Shown here: positions 47,043 through 56,547 of the stretch, one piece after another
How positions within the stretch are numbered: the first letter of the stretch is position 1
Layout: each line of letters starts with the position of its first letter
From: an uncultured virus (IMG/VR IMGVR_UViG_3300008003_000324)
Lineage: Duplodnaviria > Heunggongvirae > Uroviricota > Caudoviricetes
Length of the DNA: 58,642 nucleotides
Direction: 5' to 3' (one strand)
Virus record (IMG/VR): IMGVR_UViG_3300008003_000324
Made by a program: the position numbers and the translations under genes
The notes under the pieces: model-generated
Database searches by the model: none
The model's input: only the letters and a program-made list of their open reading frames with translations
Told to the model about the DNA's origin: nothing

Positions 47043-48407
47043 ATGTCAATAAACTGTAGAGATGCCTCTTATACCATCCAGAAGGTAGATACAAATACCG
47101 AAGACATAACCGTAAACAGAGGTCAGATAGATCAGACCTCTCTAGACATCACGCTTCTCGGGAAAAGAAGAAGGGAATATGGAGAAATCTTCAATGAAAA
47201 TCTACTGAGAATTCTGGAAAACTTTAGTTCTCCGGAAGATGGTTCCAATCCCGGAAATCCAGATCCTAATTTCACAAATGGCGGGGTTTTATCTAATCCC
47301 ACTTCCGGACAGCTATGGCATAATTCGACAGATGACAGAATTTACCATTTCACGGGATTTGAGTGGAAGATTTTGGGGGAGCTTGGGGACGTTGCCGGTA
47401 ACTTTGGAACAATTATGAGCGGAGAACAATTACCCCGACCGGTGAGTGTGTTTACCGGATATGTGTTTCCGTATGAAGAATGTAGCTGGGTAGTAGCACC
47501 AGCTTATTATGATGATGAAATAGAATACATGGCATGCTATACAGATGATCAGGCTAACGTCACATTTGAATACCGCCGAGTGGGTGAATCTTCCTTAGTT
47601 TCTGGTAGTGTTACATATCAGATAATTGGCATCCGGGATAACAACAGTTTGGGGGTTCAGGTGACACCCACACCGCCACCTTCGGTGTCTCCCACACCGA
47701 GTGCTTCGCTGACACCGACTCCGACTCCGACACAATCAGTTTCGGCATCTGCGGTCGCAGCCACACCGACACCTACACCTACAGCATCTGTAACGGGAAC
47801 GCCGGGGGCGTCACCACCGGCCACACCGACACCTACACCTACAGCATCTGTAACGGGAACGCCGGGGGCGTCACCACCGGCCACACCGACGCCAACACCG
47901 ACACCATCACCAACACCTTCGGTAACCTCAAGTCAAACGCCGACACCAACACCGACACCATCTTCTTCAACGGAAACTTTCGGGAACGTAGAAGCTGCAA
48001 CATACACACACTTTGTTGTTGGGGGCGTCACGGCGGACGAACTGTCTATACGCTTCGTCCTGCAGCCCAACGGAGATATTGATCGTATTTCAACTATTGA
48101 TGGTGTGGTGGGCGCTGCGGTTACAGTTGGAACTTGGGTGGTAGATCCAAGTGATCCGGGGTTTGTCCCCGGAGATTACACATACACAACTGTTGTCACA
48201 GGCCCAACAGGTATCGGTGTGTTTGAAGAACCAACACCGGCTACGGGGGGTACCATAGATGCTTCAAAAGCGTGGGAGTTGTCTAGGTCTACCTCTGGTT
48301 CTGGTACTACTACCGGAACCGTAGCAGTAACTTTGACACCGGGAGGAGGTTCTTCTTCCTTTACAGGTGGAACTATAACTTTTGAATACACATTGGAAAA
48401 GACGTAA
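47043..48407 (+). CDS. baseplate/fibre protein paralog 1 with Pro-Thr linker
   Basis: [16 protein letters not shown]...GQLWHN; TATAAATA at 47004. Confidence 0.7.
   Translation: MSINCRDASYTIQKVDTNTEDITVNRGQIDQTSLDITLLGKRRREYGEIFNENLLRILENFSSPEDGSNPGNPDPNFTNGGVLSNPTSGQLWHNSTDDRIYHFTGFEWKILGELGDVAGNFGTIMSGEQLPRPVSVFTGYVFPYEECSWVVAPAYYDDEIEYMACYTDDQANVTFEYRRVGESSLVSGSVTYQIIGIRDNNSLGVQVTPTPPPSVSPTPSASLTPTPTPTQSVSASAVAATPTPTPTASVTGTPGASPPATPTPTPTASVTGTPGASPPATPTPTPTPSPTPSVTSSQTPTPTPTPSSSTETFGNVEAATYTHFVVGGVTADELSIRFVLQPNGDIDRISTIDGVVGAAVTVGTWVVDPSDPGFVPGDYTYTTVVTGPTGIGVFEEPTPATGGTIDASKAWELSRSTSGSGTTTGTVAVTLTPGGGSSSFTGGTITFEYTLEKT
47761..47890 (+). repeat. perfect 60-bp tandem duplication in the PT linker
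   Basis: 47761-47820 is identical to 47821-47880, plus 10 bp of a third copy. Confidence 0.97.
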
Positions 48408-48411
48408 AAAT

Positions 48412-49719
48412 ATGACTTACAATATAAATTTCACAGACCCGTCGAAAGACCCGATACAAGTCCCGGAAACTGGTATAAACGAGAGTTTGAGTGTCAAGTT
48501 TCCGGGAAGAATACGACTTGAATGGGGTAAGGATGTAAATGAAAATTTACTTAGAATGTTGGAAAATTTTGCGTGTCCTTCGTTGGATTCAAACGAGAGT
48601 GTTCCCGATCTGTCTATCCATGAAGGAATTTTATCCAATCCTGTTGATGGACAACTTTGGTATAATACGACAAACGAAAGAATTTATAAGTATTCGGTGG
48701 AGTCTTCAAAATGGCTCCCCCTAGCTAATAGGAATCAGATGTATGCTGCCAACTGGGGACAAATACAACACGGTGAACAGTTGCCTAGACCAGTAGCAAC
48801 AAACGGTTATGTTTTTCCATATGAAGAGTGTATATGGTCGGTGTCTCCACACAATTATTTGGACGGATTTACTAGCGTAAGATGTTTTTCTTTTCCCAAC
48901 GATTCTACTGTTGTAATGCAGTATCAATCTCGGGATCAACAGATTGTTGTCGACGGGGTAGCTAATTATTTAATTATAGGAATAACCGGGAACGACAACT
49001 TGGGTGAGTTTGTTCCACCTCCACCTCTGGGTCAACAAACTCCTCCAGAGCCTACTCCGGGAGTATCTAGCCCGGCAGAGTTTATTTTATATGACTATTC
49101 TTCAAATCAGGCAACGTTACCATTAACAGCGACCGCCCAGATAAGGACTGAAGAGCTTTCGGTGCTGGGGGGTGGGGGCATAACATATCAGGTTTCGGAT
49201 AGCAGTGTCCAGAATTTTGAAGCGTCTGTATCGGATGCTACTTATGTTGCAACGGTTCGAGCTAGTATAGATAAAAATTCTTTTAGAATAATACACAAAG
49301 CCGGGAAAGGTGTTTCCGGTTCCGAGCTTGATCCGCCGATTGAACAAAGGACACATACATTTTTGACATGGACGGATCTCCCACTGGACAGTTACTCCAC
49401 CCTGCATATCAGGGGCATATCGTTTGCTTCCGGGGCCGGGACAAGTATTTCTGACACTCACGCTATCTCTGTTGCAATAGGTAAAGATTTAGTGACTGTC
49501 GATCAAACTAGCGGCAGTGCTGGATTGATTCTCCCCGAGAAAGCTACGGTCGGAATATACGAAAACAAAAAGTTACAACCTTTCGTGTTTACGGATTACG
49601 TGTTTACAATACCCCCGGCGCTAGACAGGGTTAACAACAATATTACGATAACATATAGCTACACACACCTACAAGATTTCGAAATGTTGCACGACGGGGA
49701 TATATACCTGAGTAATTGA
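48412..49719 (+). CDS. baseplate/fibre protein paralog 2
   Basis: WGKDVNENLLRMLENF...GQLWYN...[16 protein letters not shown]. Confidence 0.7.
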   Translation: MTYNINFTDPSKDPIQVPETGINESLSVKFPGRIRLEWGKDVNENLLRMLENFACPSLDSNESVPDLSIHEGILSNPVDGQLWYNTTNERIYKYSVESSKWLPLANRNQMYAANWGQIQHGEQLPRPVATNGYVFPYEECIWSVSPHNYLDGFTSVRCFSFPNDSTVVMQYQSRDQQIVVDGVANYLIIGITGNDNLGEFVPPPPLGQQTPPEPTPGVSSPAEFILYDYSSNQATLPLTATAQIRTEELSVLGGGGITYQVSDSSVQNFEASVSDATYVATVRASIDKNSFRIIHKAGKGVSGSELDPPIEQRTHTFLTWTDLPLDSYSTLHIRGISFASGAGTSISDTHAISVAIGKDLVTVDQTSGSAGLILPEKATVGIYENKKLQPFVFTDYVFTIPPALDRVNNNITITYSYTHLQDFEMLHDGDIYLSN

Positions 49720-49748
49720 ATAAATAAAACATAGAGGATTTTTAGCAC

Positions 49749-49922
49749 ATGTATATATTAGTCAACCGAGAAAATGTTATTGTGGCAAGCTCCACAAAAA
49801 AGCCTTGTGTGGCAGATTGTTCAGAAAAAGGATTAATGATCTACAAGGTTGCGAGTGAAGAATACAGCCCCATGTTGATTGGACAGAAGCTTGATGATTT
49901 CGAAGCGGTGGAGAGAACCTAA
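49749..49922 (+). CDS. small hypothetical protein (57 aa, not in the ORF track)
   Basis: MYILVNRENVIVASS...; GAGGA RBS and AATAAATA at 49719. Confidence 0.6.
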   Translation: MYILVNRENVIVASSTKKPCVADCSEKGLMIYKVASEEYSPMLIGQKLDDFEAVERT

Positions 49923-49924
49923 TC

Positions 49925-51541
49925 ATGAGTGTAACTTACGACCTAAAAAAGACTGACAGGACGAAATCCGAAATATCTGTCGATGAAAATACCAGAGTTA
50001 GCAACATCGTTGATATTGTGCTGTTTGGTTATAAAGAATTAGAATACGGTCGTGAGTTGAATGAAAACATTCTTCACATTTTAGAAAATTTCGCATGCCC
50101 GGAAGACCCCGACAATGTGGGAAACCCCGATGTTTCTAGAGCCAACTACGGGAAATTGGACGGGAGACAGATTGAAGGGCAGTTTTGGTACAACACTACC
50201 CGGTCAGTATTAAATTTTTGGGATGGGACACAATGGGTTCCGCTTTCAAATTTCGGTGAGGACATAGCAGCGAATTGGGGCCAGATATTACACGGTGAGC
50301 AGCTTCCTAGACCGCAGTCCGTGTCAGGATACCTTTTTCCTTATGAAGAGTGTAGTTGGATAGTTTCTCCTTTCAATCAGGTAGACACTATGGGGAATAT
50401 GGTTTGTAGAACTGACGAAGTAGCTACAGTTCAGATGACGTACTTGTACGATGGCGATGTTGTTGATACAAACGCTATTGCGAACTATTTAATTGTTGGG
50501 ATTAGAGGAAACAACAACATTGGAACACAATTACCGGTTCCAACACCTTTGCCATCTGTTGGTGTAACTCCTTCTCCGACTCCGACATCAACACCGGGAG
50601 CATCTCCGACACCTACACCATCTGTTACACCTTCGCAGTTCTCATTCCCAACACCTACGCCCACTCCGTCGCCTGAGTATTCTCCACTAGGATTAACTTT
50701 CAACGTCGCTGAGTTTTTTGGTAGTTGTACTGCGGTCTCCAGTTGTACCGCATCTGACGTAGTATCGTCTTTCAATTACACAGTATCTGGGGGAAGTGGA
50801 AACTTTAGTTATCTGTGGGAGTACGTATCTGGATCAACGTTTAGCATTGCTGGTGGAGTAACTTCACCCACACCAACTCTGTCTAGATTTGCCGCCGTGT
50901 CTTCTTCTGCGTACACTGGTACTGGTAGGTTGACGGTTGTGGATAACATTACAGGTGAGTCTGTAAACAGAACCTTTACTTTCAGAACTGTTCATAGTTC
51001 TAGTGTGGCCCCATCACCTACGCCGGTGACACCAACGCCGTCGCCCGTACCACCAACTCCATCACCGGTAGCACCATCCCCCACACCGCTACCGTCACCG
51101 TCACCAATACCGCCATCACCTTCTCCGGTAGCACCGTTGGTAGCAACTGACGAGGGTGGTTGTGATTACAACGCGGGTAACACCAGTTTGCTTTGTATTC
51201 CGGTAGGAACTGTTGACATTGTTGACGGTGCGTCATATAGCCCGATCATAGCCGTTGGAGTTACAGGGGGTCAGGGCCCGTATACGTATGAAGTTATTGC
51301 GTCTTCGGTGGGTTCAGCTTCTCCGCAGGTGGTGTCGATTACTGCTGATCATACTTCGAATGGTGGCACTTTATCGTTCTCCGTTCAAGGAAATGCTGGC
51401 GGACCGGATGCTCCGTTGACCGTCACGGTATCTGGAGTGTACACTGTAAGGGTTACTGACGCTCTCGGAAACACTAGCACGGTTAACGTGACTTGTCAGT
51501 CTACACACGGCTACTTCTGTAACAATGTGCCGGTTGAGTAA
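49925..51541 (+). CDS. baseplate/fibre protein paralog 3 with two PT/PS linkers
   Basis: YGRELNENILHILENF...GQFWYN; Ig-like segments (VSGGSGNFSYLW, VTGGQGPYTY, YTVRVTDALG). Confidence 0.7.
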   Translation: MSVTYDLKKTDRTKSEISVDENTRVSNIVDIVLFGYKELEYGRELNENILHILENFACPEDPDNVGNPDVSRANYGKLDGRQIEGQFWYNTTRSVLNFWDGTQWVPLSNFGEDIAANWGQILHGEQLPRPQSVSGYLFPYEECSWIVSPFNQVDTMGNMVCRTDEVATVQMTYLYDGDVVDTNAIANYLIVGIRGNNNIGTQLPVPTPLPSVGVTPSPTPTSTPGASPTPTPSVTPSQFSFPTPTPTPSPEYSPLGLTFNVAEFFGSCTAVSSCTASDVVSSFNYTVSGGSGNFSYLWEYVSGSTFSIAGGVTSPTPTLSRFAAVSSSAYTGTGRLTVVDNITGESVNRTFTFRTVHSSSVAPSPTPVTPTPSPVPPTPSPVAPSPTPLPSPSPIPPSPSPVAPLVATDEGGCDYNAGNTSLLCIPVGTVDIVDGASYSPIIAVGVTGGQGPYTYEVIASSVGSASPQVVSITADHTSNGGTLSFSVQGNAGGPDAPLTVTVSGVYTVRVTDALGNTSTVNVTCQSTHGYFCNNVPVE

Positions 51542-51546
51542 ACGAT

Positions 51547-52224
51547 ATGGATACTATGGAAATTAAAAATCTAAAAACATCAAAAACTGAAAAACAGATT
51601 CAGGATGAGATTAATGCTGTTAAGGCCAAAAGGAAAACTCAACTATCGCAAACAGATTGGACACAGTTAGATGATGTTAACCTACAAAATTCAGAAGAAT
51701 TTAGGAATTGGAGAAAGGCCCTAAGAGAGTTAAACATTACTTCACTGAAAGATAAATCCTTGCTAGATGATTTGATTATTAACAAGCCAGTCCCACGAGT
51801 TTCAAAAGAAATTCCTACGCAAGAAGATAAAGATATCTCAGTGAAAGAATGTATCGTGGAAGACAGAGTCGATGCTGAAAAATGTTTGACAAGTTTGTTG
51901 ATAGAGGAAAAAAACTCTGAGTTAGTAGAGGCAGATGCTTCTAGTTATCCATTGTTCAGGCTTCTCCAAGAAGAATTGATCGAACATGATTTAGGACAAA
52001 CACCACCAAAATTTCTTTCGAGATACATGGGGGCAGTTGGGTTAGACCCACAGGCAACGGAAGATCTTAAAGAGGTTGAAGAAATTTGCAAAAACTTCTT
52101 TGCAACGGTTAATGAGATTTTTTTCACGTTTGAATGTAAGATACGAAGCGTTTATACTATGTCCGAAGAGGAATTGGATCAGGAGTTGAATAAACGTGGA
52201 TATCGATATAGACCTATCAACTAA
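51547..52224 (+). CDS. tail fibre assembly chaperone-like protein
   Basis: RKTQLSQTDWTQLDDV...WRKALREL motif, directly after the fibre genes. Confidence 0.65.
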   Translation: MDTMEIKNLKTSKTEKQIQDEINAVKAKRKTQLSQTDWTQLDDVNLQNSEEFRNWRKALRELNITSLKDKSLLDDLIINKPVPRVSKEIPTQEDKDISVKECIVEDRVDAEKCLTSLLIEEKNSELVEADASSYPLFRLLQEELIEHDLGQTPPKFLSRYMGAVGLDPQATEDLKEVEEICKNFFATVNEIFFTFECKIRSVYTMSEEELDQELNKRGYRYRPIN

Positions 52225-52771
52225 CGTAGATACAAAAAAGCTTTTTCCCAAAGCGATATCTGCTTCATCCAACGAAAACGGAGAGCTTGTAAAGCACCTC
52301 GTCGGTCACTATTTCCAACACATTCCTGTTGATGAAGAAACCGGACTTTCTGCAATAACTTACAAAAGAGCACTAGAGTATGGGTTTTTTAAAATCGATC
52401 TACTCCATTTGCGCTTATTGGATAATTTCAAATCAAAAGAACATTTGGAAAGTTATATGTTTCGAGAGCCAGATTGGGGTTTGTTACAAAATGAAACTGT
52501 CGTAAAACAGCTTTTTCACCTGAGTAAATCGTATGAGCTATTGTGTCGCGCTAAACCTTCGTCTGTTTTGGAAGTAGCAGACTGTTTGGCGTTGATTCGT
52601 CCGGGAAAGGCTTTATTGATAAATAGTTATATCAAAGACAAAAAGGCAATTAGACAAGAGTTGTATAAAAAAGAAAAACCCAGTGATCTGAGAAAATCTC
52701 ACGCAATTCCATATGCATATCTGGTAATAGCGCAACTCAATCTAATTGAAGACAACCTATATGAAGCTTAA
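52196..52771 (+). CDS. DnaE/Pol III-alpha-like fragment 2 (catalytic aspartates)
   Basis: MDIDID, KHLVG, GFFKIDLLHL, LALIRPG, RKSHAIPYA; AGGAG RBS at about 52180. Confidence 0.85.
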   Translation: MDIDIDLSTNVDTKKLFPKAISASSNENGELVKHLVGHYFQHIPVDEETGLSAITYKRALEYGFFKIDLLHLRLLDNFKSKEHLESYMFREPDWGLLQNETVVKQLFHLSKSYELLCRAKPSSVLEVADCLALIRPGKALLINSYIKDKKAIRQELYKKEKPSDLRKSHAIPYAYLVIAQLNLIEDNLYEA

Positions 52772-53093
52772 TAATATCTTCGAAAACCAAATTTCACTAT
52801 CAAATCGTCAAAAATACATATTGGCGACTATAAAATCGGCAGCTACGCCCCTGTTGGCATACGAGTCAATAGTGGACAGTGAGCCAGATGTGGTGGCCTC
52901 TAAATTGCTTGCTCGGTATGGGTTCATTGAGGTGTCGTCTAAGGAAGGAAAAGCTGTATTAACAACAAAGGGCGAAGAAGCGGTTGTTGAGTATGGCATA
53001 GCAGATGAAACCGGTCAACTTACCGACACTGGGACCGAGTTGGTTAATAACTACGGTAACGGAGAAGAAGAATCAGGAGAGATAGTCAGTTAA
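52761..53093 (+). CDS. hypothetical protein starting MKLNNIFE
   Basis: ORF, possibly winged-helix-like (LTTKGEE, LTDTGTE). Confidence 0.65.
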   Translation: MKLNNIFENQISLSNRQKYILATIKSAATPLLAYESIVDSEPDVVASKLLARYGFIEVSSKEGKAVLTTKGEEAVVEYGIADETGQLTDTGTELVNNYGNGEEESGEIVS

Positions 53094-53549
53094 TGTTTTG
53101 AAATCTGCTACGGAATCTTGAAAGTTTTCGGTATTTTTATGAATCTTGCGTTTTCTTTTTCTAATTTTCCTAGGGTTGCTAACATCAAAAAAATACACAG
53201 GCCCAATGATTCTGGAAACGTAATCTATTGAGTAGCTTTTTACGATTTTGGACGACTCATGGTCGAACCCCTCTTTACAAAATTCCACTGAAACCGGGTA
53301 CTGGTCTCTGTTAGCAGCATACCATTGCCTAGCAATTTCAATTACTCTTTCTTCAGAAACTCCAAGAGGTCCACACAAATCCAAGCAAAAAGCAGTGATA
53401 TGCCTTTTCCCTACATTATCTATGATTGACAAATTTTTCTCATCATTGTATTTTATCAATGTTACGAATTCGTACCCCTTGTATGATAGGGGGTAGTCTT
53501 CTATAACTAAGGGAAATTCTGAATTGCTTTTTAGTCTCTTGATTTCCAT
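53073..53549 (-). CDS. hypothetical protein
   Basis: 158 aa; minus-strand TATAAATA at 53587-53594. Confidence 0.7.
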   Translation of the reverse strand: MEIKRLKSNSEFPLVIEDYPLSYKGYEFVTLIKYNDEKNLSIIDNVGKRHITAFCLDLCGPLGVSEERVIEIARQWYAANRDQYPVSVEFCKEGFDHESSKIVKSYSIDYVSRIIGPVYFFDVSNPRKIRKRKRKIHKNTENFQDSVADFKTLTDYLS

Positions 53550-53586
53550 GTCTTTAAAAAAAATTATAGTTATTGGAATATGATGG

Positions 53587-53620
53587 TATTTATACAGCGT
53601 TCTGGAATACCGAATAAATA
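53587..53620. promoter_or_regulatory. divergent pair of late promoters
   Basis: TATAAATA on minus (53587-53594) and AATAAATA on plus (53613-53620). Confidence 0.65.
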
Positions 53621-53644
53621 CAAAAGAATTATTATACAGGGTTA

Positions 53645-54094
53645 ATGATGTTCAAAATTTATCGATATGAAGATGATGAAGAGTTAAACAGGGATGATCT
53701 GTCAGATTTTGATCTTGAAGAAGACGATGCTCCGGAAGAGGACCAAAGCGAAACAGATTTTCCAGACGATTCTTCGGACAATTTCTCCGGAGAGAACACC
53801 GAAGACGGGGAAGCCGCAGAAAAACAGGAAGATCCAGATTTTGCTGGAACGATAAGAACGGTAGTTGGTGCCGCTCTCGTATACAAAAGAAAAGCAAAAT
53901 CCAACACTTTCGAAGAACTTTGGATTTACAATGCAAACAACGATCTTAAAAAGATGACAGAAATTCGGAACAGTATCCTCGCTGGGACAGACATTGACCC
54001 ACACACCGAAAGATCAGATGACGGCACACAAACTTGTGACACAACAACAATTGGAAATGTACAATATTTGCACATAAAAGGATTACCAAACTAA
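53645..54094 (+). CDS. acidic hypothetical protein
   Basis: Acidic N-half; ALVYKRK...FEELWIYN. Confidence 0.7.
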   Translation: MMFKIYRYEDDEELNRDDLSDFDLEEDDAPEEDQSETDFPDDSSDNFSGENTEDGEAAEKQEDPDFAGTIRTVVGAALVYKRKAKSNTFEELWIYNANNDLKKMTEIRNSILAGTDIDPHTERSDDGTQTCDTTTIGNVQYLHIKGLPN

Positions 54095-54522
54095 TGTATG
54101 TTGGATATCAATTAACAGACGCCGCTAGAAAAAAGTTAATGGAACTGTTTCCTCCGAAATACTCTAGGGTTTTCGGACACCATATAACTACTAAATTTGG
54201 CACTACCAACAAAGAAGATATTCCGGGATACACGGAGGAAGTAGAAGTGGTGGCATATTCTGACTCTGGAGACGGTCTAGAAGCACTAGTGGTTCGTATA
54301 AACGGCGATTCCAGAAAAGAAGATGGAACCTTTTTTCATATTACATGGAGCTTGGACCCCGAGAAATACAAACCCGTCGACAGTAATAGCGTTGTGTCGA
54401 AGAGTCAGAAAAAAATAACACCGGTAAATATCCAAGTGGAGCCAAGGATGTTTCAAGGAAAGACTCCTTTTACGGACAAACATGCAAACGAGTCTTTCCT
54501 TGATTATCTCAAGAGAATATAA
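54094..54522 (+). CDS. 2H phosphoesterase
   Basis: Two HxT motifs: HHITTKFG and FHITWS. Confidence 0.75.
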   Translation: MYVGYQLTDAARKKLMELFPPKYSRVFGHHITTKFGTTNKEDIPGYTEEVEVVAYSDSGDGLEALVVRINGDSRKEDGTFFHITWSLDPEKYKPVDSNSVVSKSQKKITPVNIQVEPRMFQGKTPFTDKHANESFLDYLKRI

Positions 54523-54524
54523 TC

Positions 54525-54785
54525 ATGATAAAAGAAGAGAGAAAACAAATGGCAAAAGATTCAGTCGCAATTTCCCAGTACGAAATATTATTCAAGCATG
54601 AGTTTGCAGCATTTGTGGATATGCGAGAGGAATATAAAAAAGCCAAGACAAAAGTTAAAAGGGAGTTACTAGAAAAAAAGATTGCCAAACAACGCGGAAG
54701 AGCCTTGGGTGTGGGTATAAAACTTGCCGAATTGAAAGCATTACAAGAACAGATGAAAGCGAAACAGACGGAACTAGAAAAGTGA
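54525..54785 (+). CDS. hypothetical coiled-coil protein
   Basis: ORF in the operon. Confidence 0.6.
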   Translation: MIKEERKQMAKDSVAISQYEILFKHEFAAFVDMREEYKKAKTKVKRELLEKKIAKQRGRALGVGIKLAELKALQEQMKAKQTELEK

Positions 54786-55309
54786 TTGTAACTCTTTCTG
54801 GAACTCCGGGGAACGGAAAAAATCAAATCATTTCCGGTCTCAAAGAATACGGTTACAACGTAGTCTCAAAGAAAGGTGCTGATGGAACCATGCGGGGTCA
54901 ATTTACGTTGATGAAAAACTACCGTACCCAAATGGAGATGTGTTTAAAATATGAATCTGACGAAGAAATTTGTATTTTTGAGTCATCTTTTGTCGATATG
55001 ATAGTTTATACCGCCCTGTGGATAGGAATCTATGACGACAACATGGAAGAACTGAAAAGTATTCGAGAGAAATGCATTGATTATCAAAATCAATATGTAG
55101 ATCTGAATTTTAATCTATATTCGGATACCAGCGACACCACATATTATAATGAAAACTGGAATGCCATAGCAAATTTATACTATGGTAAAAAGGTTCAAAT
55201 TCCTTATTTGCTTAATGGCTCTAAGAGTGTAGAATATAATATCAAAGAAATAATTGAGGAAATCGAAGAGCATGCATCAAAGCAACAAATATTTGTCGAT
55301 ACACGTTGA
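54782..55309 (+). CDS. P-loop nucleotide kinase-like protein (divergent)
   Basis: IVTLSGTPGNGKN, IFESSFVDMIVY. Confidence 0.6.
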   Translation: MIVTLSGTPGNGKNQIISGLKEYGYNVVSKKGADGTMRGQFTLMKNYRTQMEMCLKYESDEEICIFESSFVDMIVYTALWIGIYDDNMEELKSIREKCIDYQNQYVDLNFNLYSDTSDTTYYNENWNAIANLYYGKKVQIPYLLNGSKSVEYNIKEIIEEIEEHASKQQIFVDTR

Positions 55310-55862
55310 AACTACTGGAATGAATTACGATCTTGAGAAGCTCCCTTGCGAGGGACATGACATTGTAGTTGTGTCATTGGCCGTATGTGATTCTAAATTT
55401 AAATTACTTGATCGGATGACAGTCCATTTTAAACAGAAAGATTCTGATTATGGACAGCAGTACCATAAGATAACACCAGATATTTTGGAAGAGTGTGGTG
55501 TGACAGAAGAAGAGGGTCTTGTTGAAGTTTCAAATTTCATTCTGAATCATTTTGACCCAGATGAATATATTGTTTGTTTGGGGCAAAATGTTCATTCGTT
55601 CACCCTCCCATTTTTCAAGCAATTTCTTTACCGGAATGAAGTATATTTTAAGTTTTCGGTTAATTCCATTGAAGTTTTTTCGCTTACTACCCCAACTATT
55701 GGTCCCTACACGATAGAAGAATTAATAGCGGTATTTGGTGATGTGGACGAGTTAAATGTAGAGGACGAAGAAACTATTAAATACTTGTCGTTAATGAAGG
55801 CAGTCACATTTGTTTCTGTCACAAGGAAAATAAACAAATTATGGAACAGATTGACAGAATAA
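55272..55862 (+). CDS. DnaQ/DEDD exonuclease-fold protein, active site degenerate
   Basis: SIHVETTG, YHKITPD, LGQNVHSFTLPF. Confidence 0.65.
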   Translation: MHQSNKYLSIHVETTGMNYDLEKLPCEGHDIVVVSLAVCDSKFKLLDRMTVHFKQKDSDYGQQYHKITPDILEECGVTEEEGLVEVSNFILNHFDPDEYIVCLGQNVHSFTLPFFKQFLYRNEVYFKFSVNSIEVFSLTTPTIGPYTIEELIAVFGDVDELNVEDEETIKYLSLMKAVTFVSVTRKINKLWNRLTE

Positions 55863-56101
55863 TTAAGTTCGTCAAATCTTTATCAGAAAGACAACAACTT
55901 TTGTCCAAATCGGTTGGAGGATATGACGCAAGAATAAAGACTCTCGAAAATATAGCTAAAGAAAATCGCAGAGTTATACAGAACCAAAACAGGGCCATAC
56001 GAAATCAAGAACGAATCATTCGTCAGCTTACCAACGATTTCAACAATTCTAAAAACGAGATATCGGATTTGAAGAACACTCTCAAGAGCTTGCGGTCTTG
56101 A
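55841..56101 (+). CDS. coiled-coil hypothetical protein
   Basis: Heptad pattern. Confidence 0.6.
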   Translation: MEQIDRIIKFVKSLSERQQLLSKSVGGYDARIKTLENIAKENRRVIQNQNRAIRNQERIIRQLTNDFNNSKNEISDLKNTLKSLRS

Positions 56102-56133
56102 TAAATACCTCTACGTAATTTGAGGTATTTATT

Positions 56134-56547
56134 ATGGCATTAGGCTGGAAACTGATAGGACAATCGGCATTAAGCTTTTTGAGGGTGGCTTGGCCTATTT
56201 TGTTTATCATAGGTGCTACTCTTTTTGTATCAAACCATTTTTATTTTGATCCCAAAATCGATAAGTTAAAAACCGAAGTCAAAATGGTCACCGTAGAAAG
56301 AGATAATGCTAGAGCGACTATTGAAGAACAAAATAAAGCAATCATAGAACTTTCAAAGATATCCGAAAAAGTTACCCGAGAAGAGATCGAAGAGTTGAAA
56401 GACATGCTCGAAAGAATGTCAGAGGATAACAGGAAAGCCATTGAGTCTATCATAGATGCTGGTGTTCCCGAAGGTTGCGAAGATTCTAGACAATTTCTCA
56501 TAGATATGATTAATCAATTACAATGGGAGCAATCTGATGGCAATTAA
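56134..56547 (+). CDS. putative i-spanin (Rz-like)
   Basis: N-terminal TM, coiled coil, C-terminal Cys; late-type promoter at 56100. Confidence 0.65.
   Translation: MALGWKLIGQSALSFLRVAWPILFIIGATLFVSNHFYFDPKIDKLKTEVKMVTVERDNARATIEEQNKAIIELSKISEKVTREEIEELKDMLERMSEDNRKAIESIIDAGVPEGCEDSRQFLIDMINQLQWEQSDGN

Noticed and set aside
47660..47960. PT-linker repeats as a CRISPR array or a diversity-generating retroelement TR/VR pair
   Set aside because: These are codon-level Pro/Thr repeats, with no adenine-specific mismatches and no reverse transcriptase in the window.
42407..52771. DnaE halves joined by a split intein, as in cyanobacterial dnaE
   Set aside because: Fragment 1 has no block A after the extein, and fragment 2 has no HN-C/S/T junction; it starts directly at DIDID.
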